A stretch of 64,000 nt of DNA, taken from the IMG/VR virus record IMGVR_UViG_3300044731_002104. One strand, 5' to 3'. Source of the stretch: an uncultured virus (IMG/VR IMGVR_UViG_3300044731_002104). Lineage: Duplodnaviria > Heunggongvirae > Uroviricota > Caudoviricetes. This document shows positions 1-8,267 of the stretch, one piece after another. Numbering within the stretch: the stretch's first letter is position 1; each line of letters begins with the position of its first letter. A program made the position numbers and the translations under genes. The notes beneath the pieces were generated by a model. The model was not told where the DNA came from and searched no databases. It worked only from the letters and a program-made list of their open reading frames with translations.

Positions 1-182
1 ATAACGAAGTAAGGCACGGCCAGAAGCGTTGTTGAATTAAGTTCATCGATCACTTTCTGCGCCAGCGGCACCAGACTGCCATCGTGAGCAAACACGATGC
101 CCGAGGTGATGCCCATCGTCAGAAAAATGGGAAATCCCAAAAAAAGCAGGATTAAAAAAAGAGGCGAAATCAGCGCAAGCAT
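1..182 (-). CDS. dctM: TRAP transporter large permease, N-terminal part (runs off window)
   Basis: Manual translation from ATG at 182: MLALISPLFLILLFLGFPIFLTMGITSGIVF...LLAVPYFV, typical DctM start; directly downstream of dctQ. Confidence 0.85.
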   Translation of the reverse strand, partial: MLALISPLFLILLFLGFPIFLTMGITSGIVFAHDGSLVPLAQKVIDELNSTTLLAVPYFV

Positions 183-195
183 TGAATCAGCCTCT

Positions 196-774
196 TCAGT
201 GTGATGCGGGCTGACCAGGCCTGCGCAAGAGTCGCAAGGCAAACGCAAAAGCCATCACAAGTGCACCGGCCGGTAAGGCAGCGAAATAAATCCAAAGCGG
301 CGTACGCAACATAGTTGTTGAGACATCACCGAAGTCGTATGCCTGATAAGCAACCAGCCCTCCGTAATAGACCAGCATCAGCGAAAAACACAAACCGATC
401 ACTTCTACAGAGCGTGTTATCACTTGTTGTATCGCTACGGGAAACATATTCACAAAGAAGTCTGACTTCACGTGGCGATCCATGAGCGTAAGACTTCCGA
501 GCGATAGGAACACAGCCCAGATGATCAAATAGACCTGCACCTCGTCGACAAAATCAAAGACCAAGTTCGGAACGAAGTAACGAACAATAACGTTATAAGC
601 GCACATCAATAGCGATGCGCTGACCAACACGCCAATGACGATGGCCTCAAGCGGATGGGCGCGAGGGACTTGATGCGCCTCCGCATCCAAGTCTGCTTGG
701 GCTTTTTCACGCAGAGCAGCAAAAAGCCTGCTGCCCTTTAGCTCCTCATTTGACTCTTGTGGCGAGGAACTCAT
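196..774 (-). CDS. dctQ: TRAP transporter small permease
   Basis: Four hydrophobic segments, DE..YL..W..FL and HV..D motifs; between DctP and DctM. Confidence 0.9.
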   Translation of the reverse strand: MSSSPQESNEELKGSRLFAALREKAQADLDAEAHQVPRAHPLEAIVIGVLVSASLLMCAYNVIVRYFVPNLVFDFVDEVQVYLIIWAVFLSLGSLTLMDRHVKSDFFVNMFPVAIQQVITRSVEVIGLCFSLMLVYYGGLVAYQAYDFGDVSTTMLRTPLWIYFAALPAGALVMAFAFALRLLRRPGQPASH

Positions 775-808
775 TCGTTCACTAACGCGCGCTCGTCACT
801 AAAGGATG

Positions 809-1831
809 CTAGGAGCCAACACCAGCGTCGCGTAACGCCTTCATCACCTGTTCGACCACATCCTTATCCATCTTCATCTTTTCGACGAGCTCGGCCTGGC
901 CTTGCATGAGGCTCTTACGCATATTTGCGATGTCGCCATCAGCGGGCGCAACAACCTTCAAGCCAGCCTTCTTCAAATCGTCTTCTGCAGACTTTTGAGC
1001 CTCTCCTGCCGCATCTCTCTGCCAGGCGACGGCGATGTTCCATGACTCAATGATTGCGTCCTGAACGTCTTTGGGCTGCTTTTTCCAAAACGACTCGCGA
1101 ATCATCGGCACGTATTGTCCAAAGTACTGCTTGTCTCTGAACGCATGTTTCAATCCCGAGTCCATCAACTTCGATGAGCGCACGCTTTCAAAGGTCGTCA
1201 TCATGGCATCCATAACGCCTTGGCTCATGGCAAGCGGCACGTCGGGCCAGGGCACCAGCAATGCCACTCCACCCATCGCCGTAGCGCGTGCCGCGTTAGC
1301 GGTGCCGCCTGGATACCGAATCTTAATCCCTTTTAAATCGTTATAACTATTAATGGGTTTGTTGATCGAGTAGTAGTGCTGATGGCCCAAATCCATCCAC
1401 TTACCAGGTATTTTCACTTTGAGTCGCTCTTCAAAGCGCTTGTTTAAAAAGTCACCTGCCTTGCCGTCCATAACCTTGTAGACAACGTCTCGCTCAAGGC
1501 CGTAAAACATGGGCAAGGTTTGAAGCGCTGCATTGGGCTCTGCGCTGTCGAGTTGCCAGGTTCCCGGAACACCCATCTCAAGCGCATCCTGACGAAGCGC
1601 TCGTGGTACGTCGCGATCACGGAATAACTGACCGCTCGGATAAACCTCAATTGCAAATCGATTACCTGTGCGCTTTTTCAATTCCGCTACAAAGACTTCA
1701 ACGCCTTTATTGCGAACATGAACCGGGTTGGTATCAAGTGCAATGCGCAGCTTTTCCTGGGCTAGCGCTGGACTTGCCCCGGTGGCCAATAATAGGCCTA
1801 CGGCCACGGTCAAAACAGAACGTCGCTTCAT
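809..1831 (-). CDS. dctP: TRAP transporter substrate-binding protein
   Basis: Signal peptide, EVYPSGQL, DLKGIKIR motifs. Confidence 0.92.
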   Translation of the reverse strand: MKRRSVLTVAVGLLLATGASPALAQEKLRIALDTNPVHVRNKGVEVFVAELKKRTGNRFAIEVYPSGQLFRDRDVPRALRQDALEMGVPGTWQLDSAEPNAALQTLPMFYGLERDVVYKVMDGKAGDFLNKRFEERLKVKIPGKWMDLGHQHYYSINKPINSYNDLKGIKIRYPGGTANAARATAMGGVALLVPWPDVPLAMSQGVMDAMMTTFESVRSSKLMDSGLKHAFRDKQYFGQYVPMIRESFWKKQPKDVQDAIIESWNIAVAWQRDAAGEAQKSAEDDLKKAGLKVVAPADGDIANMRKSLMQGQAELVEKMKMDKDVVEQVMKALRDAGVGS

Positions 1832-2030
1832 TGCATAGTCTCCTCGTTGTGCTCAAACAGCCATCTTATTTGTGCATCCTCATGCGATGACTCGATATTG
1901 GCCAGCTCAAGCCTGGTATCCCAATGAAAGTCACTCAAAGTCCGCATGGAACACTTCTTATAGGCTCGAGCCTAACGGCTGAGCGCCTCGCTGTAAAGCA
2001 CCATGCGACAGGCAATGAACCGTTTCCCTC

Positions 2031-2085
2031 GTTGAGGTCCTTTGAGCAGTAGAGCAGTTGAGGTCCTATGCGCAGTTGAGGTCCT
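2031..2085. repeat. Three direct repeats of GTTGAGGTCCT
   Basis: Copies at 2031-2041, 2057-2067, 2075-2085 in the divergent dctP/tRNA intergenic region. Confidence 0.8.
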
Positions 2086-2109
2086 TCACCCACTGGAAAG
2101 TCATTCAGT

Positions 2110-2139
2110 TTGACCCGCAATTCCAGTTATTTGTATAAT
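2110..2139 (+). promoter_or_regulatory. sigma70-like promoter of tRNA-Lys
   Basis: TTGACC (2110-2115), 18 nt, TATAAT (2134-2139), 12 nt before the tRNA. Confidence 0.7.
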
Positions 2140-2151
2140 GGAAGGCTTCGT

Positions 2152-2227
2152 GGGTCGTTAGCTCAGTCGGTAGAGCAGCGGACTTTTAATCCGTTGGTCG
2201 CTGGTTCGAATCCAGCACGGCCTACCA
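2152..2227 (+). tRNA. tRNA-Lys(TTT)
   Basis: 76 nt cloverleaf: GGGTCGT/ACGGCCT acceptor stem, AGCTCAGTCGGTAGAGC D arm, CTTTTAA anticodon loop, GGTTCGAATCC T arm, encoded CCA. Confidence 0.97.
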
Positions 2228-2815
2228 TTCACCACTCGTGAACGGCTCTCTACGCCGTTCGCGCATCGCGCTGAGGCCCAGTATTGGCGCCATTCCTGAA
2301 AAAGTCTCTTGGTCGTGGATGTCCAGAAATTCAAGGCTGTGCACCTTTTCCACGCCTGAATTTCTCTCCTTCTCTGTTTTCTCTTGGTCGTATCCGAGAG
2401 GTAGGCCTAGCGTTCATGCGGGTTTTGGCGAAGGGGTTGGACTTGAATCTTGGGTGTCATGCTTGACTACATCACCAAGGCTAGATGTCGGATGTTTACA
2501 CTTAAGTGGTCCAAATAGGGGTGTCTGGCTCAGGCTGTATCCGGTCGTTTGCTGCCTAAGAGTAAAAAAACGGTCGCCACAGATATGGCTATTTGCTTTC
2601 ATCTTTCAAGAGCGGCAGCTATGGCTTAGGTGCCGACGTGATAAATGGCCTATGTCTAAAGGCTTTTCCTGGTTGAATTTCGCTTGATTTTCAAGTCTTA
2701 TGCGTAGGTATATCCGATGGTCCAGTGCAATCACTTATCTACTACACTAAGAAAATATTAGGCTTGAACGGGTAGGCGTTTGCTTAGGGTAATGAAATGA
2801 CCGCCGGAAAAGAAA

Positions 2816-4090
2816 ATGTCGTCAGCTCGTGAGATGGATCTGAGGCGTCCTAGTGCGAACTCCGATGCTTGGGGGCGCTACTACACATCCTCCAAGGTCA
2901 GTAAGACGCTCGTCGATGCTATGACAGGGGTGCGACCTAAACTCGTCCTTGAGTTAGGGGCTGGTCAGGGTGCGCTTGCAAGCGCAGCGCATCTGAAGTG
3001 GAAAAACGCTAACTACATAACAGTTGACACAGACTTGACTGCCCAGGCTTCGTTGAAGGGGCTAGCCGCAAAGTTTTCCCACATCCATCATGCACATGAT
3101 GCATTGGATGATGAATTGGCGGACAGAATTGGCGTTAAGCTGGGTAGCGTAGATGTCGGACTGTGCAACCCGCCTTATATACGTCCCCGATGGCGGTCGA
3201 GTTTTGGACGCATCTTGGAAGATGCAGGTTTGTCTGGCGCCTTGCAGTCCGTTCACGATGCCGGAGCAGATCTACTTTTTATTGCTCAGAACCTGCGTCT
3301 ATTACGACAGCGTGGAAAGTTAGGGCTGATTCTTCCCGATGGGCTTATTACGGGTCAGAAATATCAAGGTGTTAGAGAGGTGCTTCTTCGCCAACACCGC
3401 GTTGAGCTAGTTGTGCAACTCCCTCGCCGTGCTTTTGCGAAGACAGAGGCTCAAACGTACTTGCTTGTGCTGTCCAAGCGTGGAGGGGAGACTCAAGAGG
3501 TAGACCTCAGCCAAATGAGCGATGCCGGTGAAATTTCAGCCCCCATAGCCATTCCAGCAGACTTGGCAAAGCTCAGGCTCGATTACTCATTCCACGCACC
3601 ACGTTCCGCCACAACTCACCTTGGAGATGCGTCAAGGTTCCGGGAAACGCTCGGGACGCTCGTTCATGAAGTGATTCGAGGTACGACAAACTCCCGTCAA
3701 ATTCGTTCGTGCTCCGAGCCTGTGTTCCATTTGGGTGACTTTCCTAATGCAGGTAAAAATGGATCTGTACCAAAGGTGCCAGCCAAATTTATTCAGCCAG
3801 TTAGCAAGATCGTTGACCTGCAGAGCACGTACAAGATTGCTCGAGCGGGCGATATTTTGATTGCTCGAATTGGCCGAAATCTTCAGGAAAAAATTTGCTT
3901 TCTGCCGCGCGGTGCATGTGTCATCAGTGATTGCATATTCGCACTTCGTACTTCAGTTGAACATCGCGAAATGCTGTTGACATATCTTTTAAGCGAAGAC
4001 GGAAAAGTTGCTCTGAAAGCTGCATCACACGGTGTAGGTGCTAAATATCTGTCTCGATCTGATGTGCTTAATATGGTCCTGCCCGACTGA
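2816..4090 (+). CDS. N6-adenine DNA methyltransferase with C-terminal TRD-like region
   Basis: Motif I LELGAGQG followed by NPPY; C-terminal GDILIARIG...IFALR resembles a type I specificity half-domain. Confidence 0.85.
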   Translation: MSSAREMDLRRPSANSDAWGRYYTSSKVSKTLVDAMTGVRPKLVLELGAGQGALASAAHLKWKNANYITVDTDLTAQASLKGLAAKFSHIHHAHDALDDELADRIGVKLGSVDVGLCNPPYIRPRWRSSFGRILEDAGLSGALQSVHDAGADLLFIAQNLRLLRQRGKLGLILPDGLITGQKYQGVREVLLRQHRVELVVQLPRRAFAKTEAQTYLLVLSKRGGETQEVDLSQMSDAGEISAPIAIPADLAKLRLDYSFHAPRSATTHLGDASRFRETLGTLVHEVIRGTTNSRQIRSCSEPVFHLGDFPNAGKNGSVPKVPAKFIQPVSKIVDLQSTYKIARAGDILIARIGRNLQEKICFLPRGACVISDCIFALRTSVEHREMLLTYLLSEDGKVALKAASHGVGAKYLSRSDVLNMVLPD

Positions 4091-4101
4091 GTAACCAAGG
4101 A

Positions 4102-5841
4102 GTGAAATTGGCTCAGAAACTAACACAGGACACTGATGATCTCGACGCATCGCTAGAGCAACGCGCTGACTACATACCAACCGAGAAGCTTGTTCAGGAG
4201 ACTGCAACAGAAAGCGTACTTTTTGCTAGCGTTTGCAAGGCGCTCCTCAGCACAGGCCTCAAGACACTAGTCGGTCCCAGAGGCTGTGGAAAGACACACA
4301 TGATGCGGTATGCCTGGCTCACATGCCAAGACGATACCTCAAAGCCATTTGCAGTTTATGTTTCTTTCAATAAGTACTATCGACTTGAACCTCTTCTAGT
4401 ATCTCGAGCGTCGCCCCCAGATGAATTTCATGCATGGGCACTTGGACTGATCGTGCTGGCAACATACGGTAGCCTATCGTACAAGGCAGAAAATGCGGCC
4501 GTCGTCTCAGAGCTTGAATCAAAGGTCGGGTTGCCTCGCACAAAGCTAGAGACGCTCGTATCAGCGTTGGAACGGAATCAGCCTCTATCGCCAGAGCAGT
4601 CTGCGCTGTCTCGCGAAATTTCGGTGACTCGGGTCCAGCAACTGCTAGACCTTGCTTGTAATTCGACCGGTAGGAGACGGACTGTCTTGCTGCTCGACGA
4701 TGCAGCACTCACGCTGACGCCGACCTATCTTATTGAGTTTCTGGACATCGTACGAGCGCTGAAGTCCTCGACAATTGCCCCCAAAGCATCGGTTTATCCA
4801 GGAACCACGGAGTACAGCGCACGCTTCCATGCTGGACAAGACAGTACGGCTATATTTGTCTGGTTATCTGTCGAAGCGGCTGAGTATCAAGCGGACATGG
4901 ATCAGATTGCTCGCTGCCGCTTTGTAGACTTTGACCAAATGCCGCAGGATGTGGTTGATTTGCTGCGTTTTGCCGCTTTCGGTATACCTCGAGCATATTT
5001 AACGATGCTGCAGGACTTCAAAGAGCGCCCTGCCAAGACAATACAGCAGACGTTAAATCAAGTCGTCGAGGCTCATTTAAATGCCCGCCTGGGTGAGTTC
5101 CGCTCAATTGCGAAGAAGGTCCCCAAGTTCCGAGAGCTCATCTCAGTTGGAGAGATGGTGCTAAATGGCATGGTTCGCGCTATCAAAGCATCCAATACAG
5201 ACTCCGCAGTTGTACAACTCTTAATTGGCGTTCCCAAAGACGACTTGACGGCAATAGTCCAACGCATGTTCCAGTTGCTCATCGAGGCCGGGCTTATCTT
5301 CGATGCAAAGGAGGTGAAGCATGGAACACCCGAACGCATCTATCAGCGTTTCATTCCACATGGAGCAGCACTACTTCAGAGTCGAGCGCTGACTAGCGGG
5401 GATGTTGGAGGGACACTGAAAAGTACCGCTGAGGCCCTTCGCCAAAAGCGAGCGAAGCACCCCGTGCGACGAAAGCTTGAGAAGTACGTTGACGACCCCT
5501 CCGTCATTCAGCGGCTTGACTTTGCGCTTCCACCCTGTCCGTCATGCGCAGCTCCTCGCGTTAGTGATTCGCAGAGGTTTTGTGTGAACTGCGGTTCTCA
5601 ACTAGTTGCGGTTTCGACATTTGAGAATTGCCTCAGCGTTGCGATTGAGGAAGTTCCGGGCTTGACTTCGTGGCAGATTCAAACAATCAAGAAGGAACTG
5701 CCTCGTTTACGGACGATTCGAGACTATTTGGCAATGCAAGACCCTGCTGCAGAACTTCGCACCGCCGATGGAATTGGGCTCCGGCGCAGCACTCGAATTG
5801 CTGATGTTTTGCATGGTTTTGTCGATGATTTTCTGTCCTGA
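4102..5841 (+). CDS. P-loop (ORC/CDC6-like AAA+) ATPase with C-terminal zinc ribbon and HhH-like motif
   Basis: Walker A GPRGCGKT, Walker B LLLDD, CPSC..CVNC, ADGIG. Confidence 0.75.
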   Translation: MKLAQKLTQDTDDLDASLEQRADYIPTEKLVQETATESVLFASVCKALLSTGLKTLVGPRGCGKTHMMRYAWLTCQDDTSKPFAVYVSFNKYYRLEPLLVSRASPPDEFHAWALGLIVLATYGSLSYKAENAAVVSELESKVGLPRTKLETLVSALERNQPLSPEQSALSREISVTRVQQLLDLACNSTGRRRTVLLLDDAALTLTPTYLIEFLDIVRALKSSTIAPKASVYPGTTEYSARFHAGQDSTAIFVWLSVEAAEYQADMDQIARCRFVDFDQMPQDVVDLLRFAAFGIPRAYLTMLQDFKERPAKTIQQTLNQVVEAHLNARLGEFRSIAKKVPKFRELISVGEMVLNGMVRAIKASNTDSAVVQLLIGVPKDDLTAIVQRMFQLLIEAGLIFDAKEVKHGTPERIYQRFIPHGAALLQSRALTSGDVGGTLKSTAEALRQKRAKHPVRRKLEKYVDDPSVIQRLDFALPPCPSCAAPRVSDSQRFCVNCGSQLVAVSTFENCLSVAIEEVPGLTSWQIQTIKKELPRLRTIRDYLAMQDPAAELRTADGIGLRRSTRIADVLHGFVDDFLS

Positions 5842-5844
5842 GTT

Positions 5845-6720
5845 ATGGCAACCGTTCCGTTTTCCGCAGACTACTCAGCTATCACGACGATAGGTACGCC
5901 TGGAAGCCCTTGTGCAGATACGGTGGGACTCTTCAACTGCGCCTATGTTGAAACTTCTGCATCTGCCATTGATATATTTATTGAGAATTGCCGAGAAATC
6001 AACAAGCTCTGGGCCGGTGATGACGCGATTTCTCCTGAATTTGGTCGCTTACTCCTATTGGGTTATGTCTCAGCCGTGGAGAGTTTCTTCAGGACCGTGC
6101 TTCGATCAATCATCAATACGGATGCTAAGGCGCAATCGGATGCGCATAGCTATGTAGTGCCATTCGGAGCGGTGCTTTATCACAATAAGAACACGGTTGC
6201 TGAGGCACTGTTAGAGGGCTATTCATTTGCCAGTGAGAAGGATGTCAGGGCAGCGTTCACTAAGTTTCTTGACGTACCGAATGTAAGTGATGGAATCAAG
6301 ACGATGCTCGCCGACTATGAAAAGGTATGCCAACTTCGTCATTGCTGTGTCCATAGGTTCGGCAAGCTAGGGACGCAGAATGGCATCGTGTTGGGCCTTG
6401 AACAGCATAGTGGAGCGCTTGAGAAGCCCTTGTCCCTCGACAAGCAAATGCTGGGAGATATTGCCTCGTGGTTAATGTCGTTTGCAAAGGCAATGAACAA
6501 CTATATGTTCAAGACTTTGCTTGAACGCAGTGTCATTGAAAAGAACACATATAAGATCGCATGGACTTGGTCTTACGCAAAAGACCGCGCGAAGTTTGAA
6601 AGGCTCTACAAGCTATTTCACACTTTCAAAGACGCTAATCCGTCACCTTCTGCTGAAGAGCTTTACGACCGATTCAAATCCGTGAAACAGCCTCAAAAAG
6701 CGAAAACCAAGAAAATCTGA
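5845..6720 (+). CDS. HEPN-motif protein (putative RNase)
   Basis: RHCCVH (RxxxxH) plus upstream SAVESFFR helix. Confidence 0.6.
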   Translation: MATVPFSADYSAITTIGTPGSPCADTVGLFNCAYVETSASAIDIFIENCREINKLWAGDDAISPEFGRLLLLGYVSAVESFFRTVLRSIINTDAKAQSDAHSYVVPFGAVLYHNKNTVAEALLEGYSFASEKDVRAAFTKFLDVPNVSDGIKTMLADYEKVCQLRHCCVHRFGKLGTQNGIVLGLEQHSGALEKPLSLDKQMLGDIASWLMSFAKAMNNYMFKTLLERSVIEKNTYKIAWTWSYAKDRAKFERLYKLFHTFKDANPSPSAEELYDRFKSVKQPQKAKTKKI

Positions 6721-6782
6721 GCGCTCTCTTTTTCATAAACGGATGGAAAGGTTTATCGTCAGCAACGATTCAGGCTGAATCA

Positions 6783-7337
6783 ATGAATCATGAGCATGAG
6801 CATGAGCATGAGCATGAGCATGAGCATGAGCATGAGCAGGACCAGGACCAGGACCAGGAGTCAATGGGCCAACAATTGAGCATTTTTGGAGAAGAAATGA
6901 GCACCCTATCTTTTGCTAAACGCATCGTATTGATGAACGCCATGTACAAGCTGCCGGCTCAAGAAAGTCCAAGCCTACCGGCCAATCCTGCTGACCGTCT
7001 GCGAAAATTCAAGGCGACGCTACTTGATGAGGTCAACGAGATCGATGACATCATCACGGCTTGCGATGGCCAAGCTGAACCGATAGACGTGCTGGTTGCC
7101 GTCGCCGACCTCCTAGGCGACATCATCGTGTACTGTCGGTCTGAGGCGCTGAAGTTCGGTCTGCCACTAGAAGATGTATTGACGATCATCATGGACAGCA
7201 ATGAGAGCAAACTCGGTGCGGACGGAAACCCGATCTACGACGCCAACGGTAAGTTTCTCAAGGGACCGAACTACTGGAAACCTGAGCCAAAGATCAAGGC
7301 GCTGCTGCAAGCTATCCAAGCAAGCCCAAAGGCTTGA
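6783..7337 (+). CDS. MazG-like/all-alpha NTP pyrophosphohydrolase (true start may be ATG 6864 or 6897)
   Basis: DEVNE...ADLLGDIIVY...SNESK...GKFLKGPNYWKP pattern. Confidence 0.8.
   Translation: MNHEHEHEHEHEHEHEHEQDQDQDQESMGQQLSIFGEEMSTLSFAKRIVLMNAMYKLPAQESPSLPANPADRLRKFKATLLDEVNEIDDIITACDGQAEPIDVLVAVADLLGDIIVYCRSEALKFGLPLEDVLTIIMDSNESKLGADGNPIYDANGKFLKGPNYWKPEPKIKALLQAIQASPKA
6789..6854 (+). repeat. Compound hexamer tandem repeat (CATGAG)8(CAGGAC)3
   Basis: Read directly; encodes (HE)8(QD)3 if ATG 6783 is used. Confidence 0.95.
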
Positions 7338-7346
7338 GCAGAATTT

Positions 7347-8267
7347 TTACCCAGCCTCGGGCAGGCTTACGGTAGAACGATCCACCATCACGGTGAATCT
7401 ATGCCAAAGATCGGTGCCGCTTGAGCGCTTTCTTTTACGACGCGGATGGTCAAAAAGCAGGCCAACCTGCTCAGGATAAACGCTCGCGAAGATTGCGGAT
7501 GCGATACCGCATGGCTTAGGGCCAATTGGTGCAACAAACATTCGTTTGTCCTCACTAAGGGTCGCTCGCGTACGTTCTAAACATTCAAAAGCAGACTCGG
7601 GATCGTTGGCGGAGCAGTAGTCAAGCTGTAGGCCATGTTGATCTAGCGCGGGCAGATGGGGCACGATAGCGTCCAATTCCCATCCAGGGTGATAGGCGGG
7701 GATGCCGAAGACTAGCTTGACGTCCTTGGCGGCGATCATCTGGTGCTCTTCAAGCGCACGATCTAGTCGCTCTGGCTCAAATCCAAGAAAGAAAACACCA
7801 GCCTCTATGTCATCGCTGGTGAGATCGACGATGGAATTAGGAATGGGTGCGTAGCCACGAGTCGGCTGGGACAGCTCGAATTGATCGCCACCAGGCCTGG
7901 CGCGTTGATACTGGGCGGGTTCTACATAGATGATATTCACCACGGAAGCGCCGCTGGCTAGTAGAGCATTAGTCGCGCAGAACAACTCTGCAAACCCTAG
8001 CGTTGTGGCCTCGAGGACAACGTTGTCTGGGTTAAAACCACTGAGAAGTTCTGCTGCAAGATCACTTGACTTGGTCTCCTGGCCGACCGTAAGAGACATG
8101 TCGTCAATGCCGTAGGTGACCATGATGCGACCCGATTCGGGGGTGCAGCTACAGGCCAACTCGCCGCGTTCATCCAGCTTCTCTCCATGCAGTAAAACCA
8201 TGTCCGTCGGTAGGTCGAGTGCAGTCGCACTAGTGCCAGATCGGGAGAAAAATTTAACCTTAATCAC
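7347..8267 (-). CDS. Conserved hypothetical, third gene of PRTase-ATPase triad
   Basis: 306 aa, GTGA overlap with ATPase stop; FLGFE..R and APIGPKP segments suggest a Rossmann-like fold. Confidence 0.7.
   Translation of the reverse strand: MIKVKFFSRSGTSATALDLPTDMVLLHGEKLDERGELACSCTPESGRIMVTYGIDDMSLTVGQETKSSDLAAELLSGFNPDNVVLEATTLGFAELFCATNALLASGASVVNIIYVEPAQYQRARPGGDQFELSQPTRGYAPIPNSIVDLTSDDIEAGVFFLGFEPERLDRALEEHQMIAAKDVKLVFGIPAYHPGWELDAIVPHLPALDQHGLQLDYCSANDPESAFECLERTRATLSEDKRMFVAPIGPKPCGIASAIFASVYPEQVGLLFDHPRRKRKRSSGTDLWHRFTVMVDRSTVSLPEAG

Noticed and set aside
2152..2227. tRNA-Lys 3' end as att site of the prophage
   Set aside because: No duplicate of the tRNA 3' end found by eye in the window, and the integrase is a serine recombinase; borders remain unassigned.
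2238..2687. 149-aa ORF after the tRNA
   Set aside because: No RBS or recognisable motif; begins within a hairpin (2238-2262); likely non-coding.
2031..6860. CRISPR array interpretation of the short repeats at 2031-2085 and 6789-6854
   Set aside because: Repeats too short, no unique spacers of regular length, no cas genes.
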